In this document: in pieces, positions 1 through 12,211 of the stretch
Layout of the letters: every line of letters starts with the position of its first letter
How positions within the stretch are numbered: the first letter of the stretch is position 1
Assembly: GCF_004010195.1 (NCBI RefSeq)
Contig: NC_057750.1
Coordinates: 4,226,382 to 4,290,381, forward strand
Direction of reading: 5' to 3'
DNA from: Chiloscyllium plagiosum
Lineage: Eukaryota
Length of the DNA stretch: 64,000 bases
Translations under genes and position numbers: made by a program
Notes under the pieces: model-generated
What the model was told of the DNA's origin: nothing
The model's input: the letters and a program-made list of their open reading frames with translations, nothing else
Databases searched by the model: none

Positions 1-9
1 ACATTATTT

Positions 10-457
10 CACGAGAGGCAGTTCAGAGAAAGTTCACTAGGACGATACCTGTTATGGGGGATTACCTTATGAGCAAAGGTTAAACTGACTGGGTCTCTAC
101 TCATTTGAAATTCGGAAGAATGAGAGACTATTTTATTGAAACGTATAGGATTCATAAGGGGGTTGACTAAATAAATGCTGGGAGGATGTTTTCCCTCATG
201 GGAGAGTCTAGGGTCAGAGGGCACAATCTCAGAATGCAAAGGCACAAAATTTAAGACTAAGATGAAGAGCAATTTCTTCTGAGGGTTGAGAGTCTTTGGA
301 ATTCTTGCCAGAGAGCTGTGAGGACAGAGTTCTTGGGTCCATGTTAGGCTGAGAGAACTTCTTGATCAATCAGGGAATTGAGGGTTAAGGGAAAAGGGCA
401 GGAAGTTGAATGTCAGATCAGCCATGATCCTGTTGAATGGTGGAGTCGGCTCGAGGG
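10..457 (+). mobile_element. Decayed CR1-type LINE 3' fragment
   Basis: Degenerate ORF2 C-terminal sequence (gcagttcagagaaagttcactagg...gagtctagggtcagagggcac) followed by the tail gatcagccatgatcctgttgaatggtggagtcggctcgaggg. Confidence 0.6.
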
Positions 458-2125
458 TGGTGGGGGGAGCCACAGCAGTGTCAGCTTGTCTCCTCCCAGA
501 GGGTGAGTACCTTTTGCTGTCTTAGATTAACTCCTTACAAAATCTTCTGATCTATAAAGTTCAGTCACTAGCTGAATAAACTTACTGATAAAGCACAGAG
601 GTAAACTTTTTTTTAAAAAAATCGTTTTTGCTTATTTGAAAGAGAAGATTCCTGTAATTTTTCTGGCCGGTTTCCAGGCTGAGTAAGTCATTATAACAAA
701 ATTGCGGGATGATCCAGCTTTAATGTTGAGTTTTGTACATATCATCCTGTCCACGCCTGCTTTGTGGTTTCAGGATGACTACTAAAAACATGTCAGGGCA
801 GTGTGCTCCTTTTTTAAAGCATTTTGGTCGAAGTTGTAAGCTTGTGCAGAAGAGAACGAAAGCTGACTAACTAAAGTCGTCATTTCAGAAAATGAAACTC
901 CTGAATAACAACCTTGTATTGGATTGAGAATGTGCTGTAATTCCGGAAGCTTCCCCCCTCTCCTGTCCTCTCCTGTACAGAGAGACCTCGAGACTATAAG
1001 CAGCTTGTTATAGGGAGTTCCAGGTAACTTGATGCTGAGGAGTGTGGAAGTTTGTACAGTGTTGTTGACATTTTGGCAACGCCTTGTATAAGCCTATGGA
1101 CAAGGACATATTCTGTTTGCTTGTGTGCCTTATGCAGTGAATCATTGTGCTGTTTTTAACAATTAGGGGTGGTTGCTGTAGTACTGCTCAATATGGGACT
1201 TTAACAGACGTGCTCAGACGGAGCAAGAGTGTGATGATGATGTATGTACCTTTTGAAATGTAAGTCTGCAGTATGCTAAGGATATCTCAAGCTAATCCCC
1301 ATTGGGAGAATTTGGTGTAGTGTTGCTTCGTGGGTACCAAGATAACTTGTGGAGGGAAAGGAAAGTGGGGCAATAGGTGTGGCATGGTTTAGTGTTTGCA
1401 CCAGATATTTGAGACAGAGAGATTTATTCTTCTCAACCAGTGTGCCTAGCATGAGAGTGCTGGAAAATAATTCCCAGCCCCTGTGCCAACTTACTTTCAC
1501 CGCCACTTTTGTTTCATGATTTTTATAAAAATAAATCATGTTACCAGCTCCAACGGTGAGTAATAATCTAAAATTTAATCAGAAAACAAAACCTGACATC
1601 CAGCAAGATTACTGTCCGTTTATCTGTGAGTGGGTGACTGGAGAAAAGTGAAAAGAGAGGGAAAAAGAAAACTCAACAGACATTCAAACTTTGCAACTTT
1701 TCAAGGTGTACATGTGTTAGAAATGTGAAATTACAACACAAATTGCAGTGAATCCTCAGCAAGTCAGACAATATTTGTGGAGGGAACAACAGTTGATATT
1801 TCAGTTGACATTTAGCATAAGCTTTGCTTTTCGCTCCACACTGGTGCCTAATCTACTCAGTATGTTTTATTTTATTTAGTTTTAGTTTATGAAACTTTGA
1901 CATAAACCCTGTAATTGCAATGCATGGTTGTACCTCAAATAGTTGACGGCCTTCAAGCACTCAAATGCAGATGACTTTCTGCTTGTGAAAACAGATGGGT
2001 ATGTGTATAATGCAAACCTGATGACCATTAGTTTAGTTTATGTTTTAATTTAACTGTTTTTTAATAGAGTTGCATAATTTTAGTAAAAACAAGTTAGTGC
2101 TTCCTTTGGAATTCTGACTAAATGT

Positions 2126-3055
2126 TAGTCATACAGCGTGGAAACAGACCCTTCAGTTCAACTCGTCTGTGCCGAACAGACATTCCACTCTGACTTATTC
2201 CCATTTGGCAGCATTTAGCCCATATTCCTCTGAACCCTTACTATTCAGAAATATATCCAGATGCCTTTTTAAATGTTGTTATTGTACCAGCCACCTCCAC
2301 TTCCTCTGGCAGCTCATGCCATGCATGTACCACCTGCTGTGTGGAAAAAGTTGCCCCTTGGGTCCTTTTTAAATCTTCCCCCCTCACCTGAACCTGTACC
2401 CTCTAGTTTTGAACTCCTCTAACTTGGGGAAAAGACACTGGGTCCTCCGGTGCCAGTAACATTCTTGTAAATCTTTTCTGTACCTTTTCCAATTCAATAG
2501 CATCCTTCCGAGAACTGTACAGTACTCCAAAAGTGGCCTCAGCAACATTCTGTGCAATTGTAACATGACATCCCAACTCCTCTACTCAATGGTTTCAGCA
2601 ATGAAGGCAAATGTGCCATATGCTGCCTTTGTCATCCTGTCTACCTAGAGCATAGAACATTACATCACAGTACAGGCCTTTCGGCGCTTGATGTTGCGCC
2701 GAAATGTGACACAACTTTCAAGGAACCGCTAGATTTCTCTGTTCGACAACACTTCCCAGGACCCTACTATTAACTGTCTAAGTCCTACCTTTTGTCTTAG
2801 TGAAGTCCTAGCAAAACACAACACTTCACATTTATCTAAATTAAACTCAATCTGCCCCTCCTCGGCCCTTTGGCCAAGTTTGTAATCTTTAGAAAACCTT
2901 CTTCACTGTCCACGATACCACCAATTTTTGTGTCATCTGCAAATTTATTGACCATGCTTCCCATATTCTCATTCACATCATTTACATAAGTGATAAGCAA
3001 CAGTGGACCCTTCACTAATCCCTGCGGAACACTGGTCTCAGGCCTCCAGTCTGAT
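2126..3055 (-). mobile_element. CR1/HER1-type LINE fragments (3' tail plus RT pieces, internally deleted)
   Basis: Minus-strand ORFs with VPQG..GPLL..YVND and [17 protein letters not shown]. The tail is the reverse complement of the 4800-4895 tail. Confidence 0.85.
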
Positions 3056-3904
3056 ATACTTTGATTCAAAGTATATGGTACTTTGATAAGCTGATGGTTT
3101 TGTGCACAGATTAAAACCTGTTGATGGTTTTGTTAGATGTACACTAATGTTAATTAGTAATGTTGGTCATTGAGGCAAATGTACACTTGTCTTTACAATA
3201 TATGTACAGCACAGAGGTCCATTTGATGTGGCTCGCAGTATTTATGCTCCACTTAAGCCTCCTCCTACTTCATTACTACTAACTCTACCAATTCACCCTT
3301 CCATTACTTTCTTTCTCATTTGGGTTAGGTTTGAGATTGTTTTTCTGCACCACATGCCATTCCACGTCGTAATAGAAACATGCAGCACAGAGGCAGGCTA
3401 TTTGGAGTGTAGTCCTTAACTTTGTAACCTCTCATGGCTGAAGTCCCCCAATCTCTGGTAACATCCTGTAAGCCTCTGCTATGATCTTTCTAAGGACTTG
3501 TTATCTTCCCTGAAGTGTGGTTCCTGAGCTTGTTTGTGGTGCTTTGGCCGAAGCCTTGCCTGCAGGGGAAAAGAATTATTGTTGTGAAAAAGACCAATCA
3601 TGCTTGAAGGCAAATCATGCATTCACTGAACTAAATTTTATAAGTGACTTACTCTGTTTGGAAAAAATGTTTCCTTTCATAAATATGGCCATGTTTAGAA
3701 TGTTTAGGTCCCTCCCTTCTGCATTGTCCAAGTCTGCTCTGTTGATTTCCAAGTTTATTTAATTGGCTTCTCACCAGGATTTCCTAAGTGGCTTCCTTGC
3801 TGTCTACATGTGAAATGATGCTTGCTGTGAGCTAGCTGTTTCCGATTTGGACAGAGTCTCTCCTCAGTCGTGAATGTTACATTGGTTGTTTTCACAAAAT
3901 CATA

Positions 3905-4895
3905 CCAATGGAGTGCCACAAGGATCAGTGCTAGGTCCTCTACTTTTTGTCATTTACATAAATGATTTGGATGCGAGCATAAGAGGTACAGTTAGTAAGT
4001 TTGCAGATGACACCAAAATTGGAGGTGTAGTGGACAGCGAAGGGGTTACCTCAGATTACAACAGGATCTGGACCAGATGGGCCAATGGGCTGAGAGGTGG
4101 CAGATGGAGTTCATTTCAGATAAATGCGAGGTGCTGCATTTTGGGAAAGCAAATCTTAGCAGGACTTATACACTTAATGGTAAGGTCTTAGGGAGTGTTG
4201 CTGAACAAAGAAACCTTGGAGTGCAGGTTCATAGCTCCTTGAAAGTGGAGTCGCAGGTAGATAGGATAATGAAGAAGGCTTTTGGTATGCTTTCTTTTAT
4301 TGGTCAGAGTATTGAGTACAGGAGTTGGGAGGTCATGTTGCGGCTGTACAGGACATTGGTTAGGCCACTGTTGGAATATTGCGTACAATTCTGGTCACCT
4401 TCCTATCGGAAAGATGTTGTGAAAATTGAAAGTGTTCAGAAAAGATTTACAAGGATGTTGCCATGGTTGGAGGATTTGAGCTACAGGGAGAGGCTGAACA
4501 GGCTGGGGCTGTCTTCCCTGGAGCGTCTGAGGCTGAGGGGTGACCTTATAGAGGTTTACAAAATTATGAGGGTCATTGATAGGATAAATAGGCAAAGTCT
4601 TTTCCCTGGGGTGGGGGAGTCCAGAACTAGAGGGCTTAGGTTTAGGATGAGGGGGGAAAGATACAAAAGAGACCTAAGGGGCAACTTTTTCACGCAGTGG
4701 GTGGTATGTGTATGGAATGAGCTGCCAGAGGATGTGGTGGAGGCTGGCATTTGGATGGGTATATGAATAGGAAGTATTTGGAGGGTATGGGCCGGGTGCT
4801 GGCAGGTGGGACCAGATTGGGTTGGGATATCTGGTCGGCATGAATGCGTTGGATTGAAGGGTTTGTTTCCATGCTGTACATCTCTATGACTCTAT
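3905..4895 (+). mobile_element. 5'-truncated CR1/HER1-type LINE, relatively young, frameshifted RT
   Basis: [21 protein letters not shown]...[10 protein letters not shown], then LYRTLVRPLLEYCVQFWSP...RLRGDLIEVYKIM. The 3' tail ends tctctatgactctat. Confidence 0.93.
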
Positions 4896-5069
4896 TTGAT
4901 TTGAAATCTGACCAAATTTTGGCAATTAAATTGCTGTCACCAGACTTTGCTTTCATTTCAAACACTAGAGTGCTAGACAATGTCTGTTTTCAACCCACAA
5001 AAGCAGCAAAGAAACCAGTCTGCAATGGTATTGATACTTTGACTGCTTGAATTAGATAGGATAATGCAT

Positions 5070-5280
5070 CAGGAAAAAGCACAGTAGAATGGATGCTGGG
5101 AATTTGAAATAAAACTGAAGGCAAGTCTAGGAGCATCCATGGAGACAAAAACAGAGTTCATGTTTTGCGTCCTGTATGACATTTCTTCAGAACTGAACTC
5201 AACATTAACTCTGTTTCTCTGTCCAAGGAGGCTGCGAGACTTGCTGAGTTTCTTCAGCATTTTCTGTTTTTTATATGAGA
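5070..5280. repeat. Palindromic Penelope-related short element (family 3), decayed
   Basis: Inverted arms (acagagtt / aactctgtt; gcatccatggagac / tctctgtccaaggaggctgc). The minus strand has ctgaagaa-atgtc...gac, a hammerhead-like core. Confidence 0.5.
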
Positions 5281-5334
5281 ATAACGTAACTTGGCTTGGC
5301 GTTTGTGGTTTTCTTTTTGCAATTTCTTTAAAGG

Positions 5335-5531
5335 GTGCCAGAGGATGTGGTGGAGGCTGGTACAATTACTGCATTTAAAAGGCATCTGAATGGGTATATG
5401 AATAGGAAGGATTTAGAGGGATATGGGCCAGATGCTGGCAAATGGGACTAGATTAATTGAGGATATCTGGTCAGCATGGACGAGTTTGACCGAAGGGTCT
5501 GTTTCCATGCTGTACATCTCTAAGACTCTAC
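5335..5531 (+). mobile_element. CR1/HER1 LINE 3' tail
   Basis: Highly similar to 4722-4895 (tgccagaggatgtggtggaggctgg...gtttccatgctgtacatctc). Confidence 0.88.
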
Positions 5532-6115
5532 TCAAGTTGTAGACTGTTACTGTTGTACAATTTCACTTGCTACTCCCCATACTATCTTCAGGTCTGAGTT
5601 TGAGTGAATAGATACTTTTGTTTTGAACTGCACCTAATTCCAAGGCCATGCACACTGCCAACAGAACTTGTTAAGCAGCAGCTGAGTGTTGGAGACTTGG
5701 CTGAACGGGGTTGTTAAGACCCATTGTAATACCTTCCCAGCTACACCAACTGAGATTAAGGTAGATTGGAGGTTTGGCCGTGACATTTTGCTCTATTCAC
5801 AATGTAAAACATACAAATAGCACAACAAAGATGTCATGATAAGGCTGTCATTTCAAATGGTAATTCCACAAACATTGAACTGAATTTATCAGCATCCCAG
5901 AATCATCTGAAAACTTGCTGTTTAACAAAGCCAGTTACGCAAACTGATCTTTTCCTGCAGACGTTGCAGGAAGCTCCTTTACCACCGTATGATGAGCCAC
6001 AACATACCTAAATCTAGTTGTTGCCCTTCTATTAACCACTTGCTGTTACAAGATATCATTTGAGAAATTGATGGGATCATTGCCTTCAGTAACATGTTGC
6101 CTCCATTTGCTCCAG

Positions 6116-6364
6116 GGGTTGCTCAGAGTTGTATGAAATGCACAACATGGACATGAAAGGTGAGAATGACAACATACCACGTGGATTGAGACCACCATAC
6201 AGAACCAACGCCCTGCAATGGAGTAATCCCACGACTCACAGTGCATCACCATCTCAGCGTTGGACAGGGTCTACACACAATCCAATATCGAACTGGAGCC
6301 AGGCCCCCAAACAACAGGGAGTCCCAGTTGCGTATAGTGACTCGCAAGCAAAGAACAACAAGCG
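6116..6364 (+). CDS. SIPA1L3: SIPA1L3 internal coding exon A (immediately after the PDZ domain), 249 nt, phase 2-2
   Basis: Acceptor tgctccag|G and donor CG|gtgagt. Translates GCSELYEMHNMDMKGENDNIPRGLRPPYRTNALQWSNP...DSQAKNNKR, resembling the recalled SIPA1L3 segment G.PE.Y.M...RPPYR.NA..QWS.P...SQ...KR. Confidence 0.88.
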
Positions 6365-7529
6365 GTGAGTTTATTCATCCAAAATTCAATCAAAGGGAAA
6401 AGGCAGAGAGGTGCCCACATTGTGGTCTTTAAAATTAAGAATGGATTTCATAGAGTAGATGATTCCACTTGTGCTGAAAATCATAACTGCAGTCTAAAAA
6501 TGGATCATAGTCCTAATAAATCCAACTGAAAATTCAGGATTAATTTCTTTCCTTGGCACATGGTCGTATTTGTGGAACTTGGATTGGTCTGAGATGAATA
6601 ATACTGAGACACATTACGATAAAGTAAGTTGGGATAAAAAACTTTAAACAGAATGAAATAAATGATATCAACTAGTTGCATGGCCTGGTTGTGCTGTAAG
6701 TACTATACACAGTTGTTCTCAAGATAAAATTTCTCAGCTGAGAAATCTGCCACATAGCCAATTAATGGAGTTCTCAGGTTTTGCTTTATGACAGCAACTC
6801 CGTATGAAAGTTGATGATTGTGTTCACTGCAGACGATCTTTTACCTTGAATTGTTCTGATGTTGATCAGTTCTCTCCAATTGTTGTCACCCATAAAGGTG
6901 CAGCTGCTCAGGAAAGGAATGCATTCCATCCCCAGTGTCTGTTATCAGTGTCAAGGTTAAGTACAATACAGTACAGCACCGCCAACTGCAGATGAAAGCT
7001 GCCTTTACACTGGCCTACAAAGTTCCTCAAACCAACTTCAAATGAGTGGCATTTTTCCATTTTCTGCATCAGTGAGCTGAGTGACCTTGTTAATTAATAT
7101 GTTAATTGGTTCAGGTTTGCACTTGTAGCTCCATAGGCACTATAGAATTAAGTTGGGTTAAGACTGCACCTCTCACTGAGCTCCATTTTAAATCAAGTCC
7201 AAGAAGTAACAGATAATAAGTAATCCGCTTGCTTTTCTGTCTCCCAAGTATGAGGACTAGAAGGCATTCGATATGTTACTGCTTCAATTCTTGACTCTTC
7301 CCCATCACCCTATCTTAATAGCCCTTAAAGAGAAGTCAGCCAAGTTAGACAGTTATGTCTAACACTCTATACATTAAGCAGTTAGAAAAGATGATACTTT
7401 TGGGAGTGCTTTTACCTATCCATCAGCTCCACTTAAATACTTATGATCTACATTTAAAGTGGTCTAATTTCTTTTTGATTAAAGCATAAAGACATATTTC
7501 TACAGTGCCTTTCATACTCTGATATGCAA

Positions 7530-7890
7530 AGATACTTTACAACTAACAAGATGCTTTAAGTGTAGTTGCTGTTGTAATGCAGGAGACCCAGAAGTTAATT
7601 TGCACGCAGCAGATTCCCATAACAGCATGCTGTTTTGTTTGTGATGTTAATTGAGGGTTGAACATTGGCCATGCTTCTCCTGCTGTTCTCAGAAATAGTA
7701 CCTTGGGATGTTTTACATTCACAAGGCAGGCTAGGCCTCACTTTAACATAACCCATCCAAATGATATCATCACCTAAGGTGCAGAACTCCTGCATCATTG
7801 TGCAGGAGTGTCAACCTCGATTTGTTTTGTTGAAGCCCTGGAGTGGGGCTTTGGAAACAAGAGTGCTAACTAACTGAGTCACGGTTGAAA
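7530..7890 (-). mobile_element. Deu-domain (SacSINE1/AmnSINE-like) SINE, decayed
   Basis: Reverse complement of a tRNA-like head (gagtgctaactaactgagtcacgg), a Deu-like core and an L2-like tail. Similar to 26215-27030, 37900-38245 and 58990-59430. Confidence 0.55.
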
Positions 7891-8419
7891 GCCAAATCTT
7901 AATAAGCTAAATAATGATAGTACATAACTGATCCTTGGTGTTTCAATCTTTTTAGAAATCTGCATAAAGGCAGGCAAGCCAACAAAGATCTGTTGACAAA
8001 TGTTAGAGGCATGTCTCCTGAGATCGGAACAAAGTCAGCCATTAAGGTTTAAGTGCATTGTGCAAACATATTTGACAAGTTGGCACCTTGTGAGATGCTA
8101 GCTTTCCAAATGGATGTGAAATTCCTAAGTTTGCTAAGGGGCATTTTCCTTTTGTGCTGTGTTTGAATGTGAACCTCTGCCGACTTGTCTTGCTTTTAGC
8201 TGTGAACAGTGTGTCCTTGTACAGTAATATAATTTGGCCGTTTCAAAAACATTTGGCTTGGAGTTTTCATCGGGTTATGACAGCAGAGTCCTTGTCATCG
8301 GTCTTTGATTCCTTTTCTTAAAAGCTGCAAACTAGCTATAATGTGTTCCTTCCTAGGGTTGACAGGATGATAACCTAATTGGTCATTTGCATGATGAACC
8401 TCAGTGCAAAGGTATAATG

Positions 8420-8945
8420 GAGTCATAGTCATACACTACAGAAACACTCCCTTCAGCCCAACCCACTGCTGATCAGGTGTTTTAAACTGAACTAGTCCCA
8501 TTTGACCTATATCGCTTTAAACCCTTTCTATTCATATACCTGTCCAAATGTTTTTTAAATGTTGTCATTTAATTGTACCAGCCTCCACCATTTCCTCTGG
8601 CAGCCCCTTCCATATATGCACCACCCTCAGGTTGTAAAAAAAAAAGTTACCACTCAGGTTCCCTTTAAATCTTTTCTCCCTCACCTTAAACCTGTGCCCT
8701 CTAGTTTTGAACTCCCCCACCCTAAAGAAAAGACATTTGCTATTCATTTTATCTATGCTCCTCATGATTTTATAAAGTTCTGTACGGTCACCTCTCGACC
8801 TCCTACACTCCAGGGAAAATAGCCCCAGTATATTCCATATAGTTCAAACCCTCCAACCCTGGCAACATTCTTGTAAATCTTTTATGAACCTTTTCAAATT
8901 TCATAACTTGCTTTCGATAGAAGGGCGACCAGAATTGCATGCAGT
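8420..8945 (-). mobile_element. CR1/HER1 LINE 3' fragment ending about 50 nt upstream of the exon B acceptor
   Basis: Minus ORF LFFRVGEFKTRGHRFKVREKRFKGNLSGNFF...W..LPEEMVEAGTI, plus the tail. Confidence 0.85.
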
Positions 8946-8992
8946 TGTTTTTGTCAGATTGGAGTTTCTTAAACAATTCCTTTATTTTCCAG

Positions 8993-9136
8993 CCCAGTTA
9001 GCTACCCGGAAACTATCTACAGTACAGCATCCACTGCTGTCGAAAGAGGTCAGCCATTTCGTAACCCTTCTGGAAGCTTCTCTTCACCAGCCTCAGGAGG
9101 CATTCTGTCCAGTCGGCAAAAAGCTATTAATGACAG
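8993..9136 (+). CDS. SIPA1L3: SIPA1L3 coding exon B, 144 nt, phase 2-2
   Basis: Acceptor tttattttccag|C and donor AG|gtaggg. Translates PVSYPETIYSTASTAVERGQPFRNPSGSFSSPASGGILSSRQKAINDR (cf. PVSFPET...R.PSGSFS.P). This frame is absent from the ORF track. Confidence 0.88.
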
Positions 9137-9689
9137 GTAGGGGCAATGCAGCTCTCTTATAAGTTAATTGAAATAGTGGTTGCAGGAAACATGGGGATTA
9201 AGGATACCTTCTGGATCAGATATGCTAATTCTGTGAAGTTATGACTCTGCAGGTTCCTGGATTAGTTGAAAGCCTGTGACGATGCTGCTCCTTTGACAAA
9301 GTTATGGTGTCCTTGGTTTTTCTTTCAGAGGTTGTAAAAGACACAGACTCCGAAAATTCTAAGTTGAAGGATTTTAGGGCCAATAGCTAATAGATACTGC
9401 CTCAGGCAAAAGGATTTTAAGTTTTGTTTTAAAAAAAAACAGACAACATAACCTTGTTAAGAAGCAGCATCCTCACAAACCAGGTATCACGTGCAAACTT
9501 AATCACTGCTTTGCAGAGAGAATTTACCAGGCTGTTACCAGGTATGAAGGAGTTCACTACCTGGAAGATTTTGAATAGATTAGAATTTTTTTGTTTTTGG
9601 AATAATAGCTGCTGAGGGGAGATTTTTTAAGGTCTATGAAGACACAAGTCTATATACAATGTATAGGAACAGCCAATTTTCTTTAGCAG

Positions 9690-11232
9690 ACAAGTCAATA
9701 ATGAGGAAGGTGGGAGATTGAAAGTAGATTTAAATTTATTAAGCTAGATAGGTCTTGTGATCTGATGGAATCTAACCCAGAGTATTGAGGGAGCCAAGAG
9801 AACAAATTGCTGGAGCATTGACAAAATCTTTGGACCCTCTTTGACCACAGGTGAGGCTCCAGAGGACTGAAGAATAGCCAATGTTGTCCCATTGTTTAAG
9901 AAGGGTAACAGGGAAAATCCTGGGAATTATACGCCTGTGACTGTCACGTTGGTGGTAGGGAAATTATTGGAAACGATTCTTTGGGAGAAGATCCATACAC
10001 ATTTAGAAGCAAATGGACTTAGAAGCGACAGACAGCACAGTTTTGTGTCAGGGGAGGTTGTGCCTCACTAACTTAATGGAGTCTTTTGAGGAGGTGACAA
10101 AGATGATTGGGGGGAAAAGTGGATGATGTTGTTTCCATGGACTTCAGTAAAGCCTTTGACAAAGGTCCCTCATGGAAAACTGGTACAAAAGGTGAAGTCA
10201 CATGGTATTATGCGTGAGCTGGCAAGATGGATACAGAACCGGTTTAGTCATAGGTAACAGAGTGTAGCAGTGGAAGGAAGCTTTTCAGAATGGAGGGTTG
10301 ACTAGTGCTGGGACTTCTGCTATTTGTGGTCTACATAAATGATTTGGAAGAATGTGTAGCTAGTCTAATTAGTAAGTATGCAGGCGATACAAAGATGAGT
10401 GGAGTTGCAGATAGTGAGGATTGTCAGAGGATACAGCAGTATATAGATTAGATGGAGGTATGGGCAGAAAAATAGCATTTGGAGTTTAATCCAGGCAAAT
10501 GTGAGGTGAGACTAAGTTTGAAAGGTCAAGTACAGGTGGAAATTATGCAGTGACTGGCACAACCCTTAGGAGTATTGATATGCAGAGGGATTTGGGTGTG
10601 CAAGTGCATAGACCACTGAAGGCTCATGGCAAGCTTGTCTTCATTGGAAGGTGCATTGAGTATAAGGATTGACAAGTTATGCTGTAACTTCACTGAACTT
10701 TAGTTAGGCCAGACTTGGGAATATTGTGTACAGTTCTGGTCACCATATTACCAGAAGGATATGGATGCTTTGGAGAGTGTACAGAAAATGTTTATCTCAA
10801 TGTTGCCTGGTATGGGGGATTTTAGCTATGAAGAATAGTTGGATAGACTGGGTTTGTTTTCACAAGAACACAGGAACTTGAAGCAATGATCTGTTAGAAG
10901 TTTATAAGATTGTGAATGGCATGGATAGAGTGGAAAGTATGAGGCTTTCTCCCCAGATGGTAGGGATCAATTACTTGGGGACACAGATTCAAGGTGCAAG
11001 GAGCTAAGTTTTTTACACGAAGGGTGGTGAGTGCCTGGAACATGCTGCCAGAGGAGGTGGTGGAAGCAGACACAATAGCAGCATTCAAGAAACACCTGGA
11101 CAGATACAGGAATAGGGAGGGAATAGAGGCATATGACTCCTGTAAGCGAAGACAGTTTCAGTATGGAAGGGCAAAATGTGTCAGCACAGGCTTGGAGGGC
11201 TGAAGGGCCTGTTTCTGTGCTTTGTTCTTGTT
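9690..11232 (+). mobile_element. Decayed CR1 LINE ORF2 (RT) with 3' tail
   Basis: ANVVPLFKKGNRENPGNY.PV, DFSKAFDK and FFTRRVVSAWNMLPEEVVEAD, with many stops and frameshifts. Confidence 0.88.
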
Positions 11233-11316
11233 ATTTGTTTAACTCAATGAAAAGATGAGTGGGAAGTTGCAAAGAAATACTATCACTCAAGTTGGCAGGA
11301 GCCTGGAATTCATTGT

Positions 11317-11510
11317 TGAGAGTGTGGTGCTGGAAAAGCACAGCAGGTCAGACAGCATCTGAGGAGCAGTAGAATCGACGTTTGAGGCAAAAGCCCTTCA
11401 TTAGACATCAATGATTTTCCTGCTCCTCAGATGCTGCCTGACCTGTACTTTTCTAGCACCACACTCTCGACTCTGATCTCCAGCATCTGCAGTCCTCACT
11501 TTCTCCCAAG
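11317..11510. mobile_element. Palindromic Penelope-related short element (family 1) with ~13 bp TSD
   Basis: Inverted arms gagagtgtggtgctggaaaagcacagcaggtcagacagcatctgaggagcag / ctgctcctcagatgctgcctgacctgtacttttctagcaccacactctc. Flanked by tggaattcattgt and tggaattcagtgt. Confidence 0.75.
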
Positions 11511-11689
11511 TGGAATTCAGTGTCTGAAATGATAGTGACAGAGGCTCTCATCGCATTGCAATGACGGTACTGCTGAGCCACCTTGTTGGTTGATCTCACA
11601 CACCTAGCTGAGTCTATGTTGGAATCTGTTGCTCATTCCATCATTTGTTTTTATATCTTTTCATATTGTTTGGAACCCTGTGAAAAATC

Positions 11690-12100
11690 AATGAGCAACT
11701 GTGTACAGTATTGGTCACCTTATTTAAGGAAGGATGTTAGTGCTTTGGAGGCAATTCAGTGAATGTTTCCCAGACTAGTACCTGAAATGGACAAATTGCT
11801 AATGAGGAAAGGTTGGACCGGTGCCAGTATGCTCTGGGGTTGAGAAGAGTAAGTGACAACTTGACTGAATCATGCAAGATCCTGAGTGAGTTCCTGACAG
11901 GGTAGACGTGGAGAGGATGTTTCCTGTTAGAAGAATATCTGTAACTACAGGGTCATTGTTCAGAATATGAGAAGTTTATTGTTTAAGACTGATACGGTGA
12001 ATGTTGGAGTCTTTGGACCTCTCTCCCTGAGAAGGTGGTGGAAGCAGTTTTTGAACATTTTGTTAAAGTAGAGGTAGATGATTGTTTAGCAAGAGGTTAC
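11690..12100 (+). mobile_element. Decayed CR1 LINE 3' ORF2 fragment
   Basis: tgtgtacagtattggtcacc (CVQYWSP), gaggaaaggttggac and gagaggatgtttcc motifs, degenerate. Confidence 0.65.
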
Positions 12101-12211
12101 AAGGTTGCTGAGAACAGCTAGAAATATGCACCCAATGTGGCCTACTCTACAGCGGAGAAACCAAGCACAGTCTGTGTGCAAGCATGACCCTGAACTTTTT
12201 GTCGCCGGTCA

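Noticed and set aside
4077..4766. 229-aa ORF as a host gene
   Set aside because: It is the C-terminal part of CR1 ORF2 in a 5'-truncated, frameshifted LINE copy.
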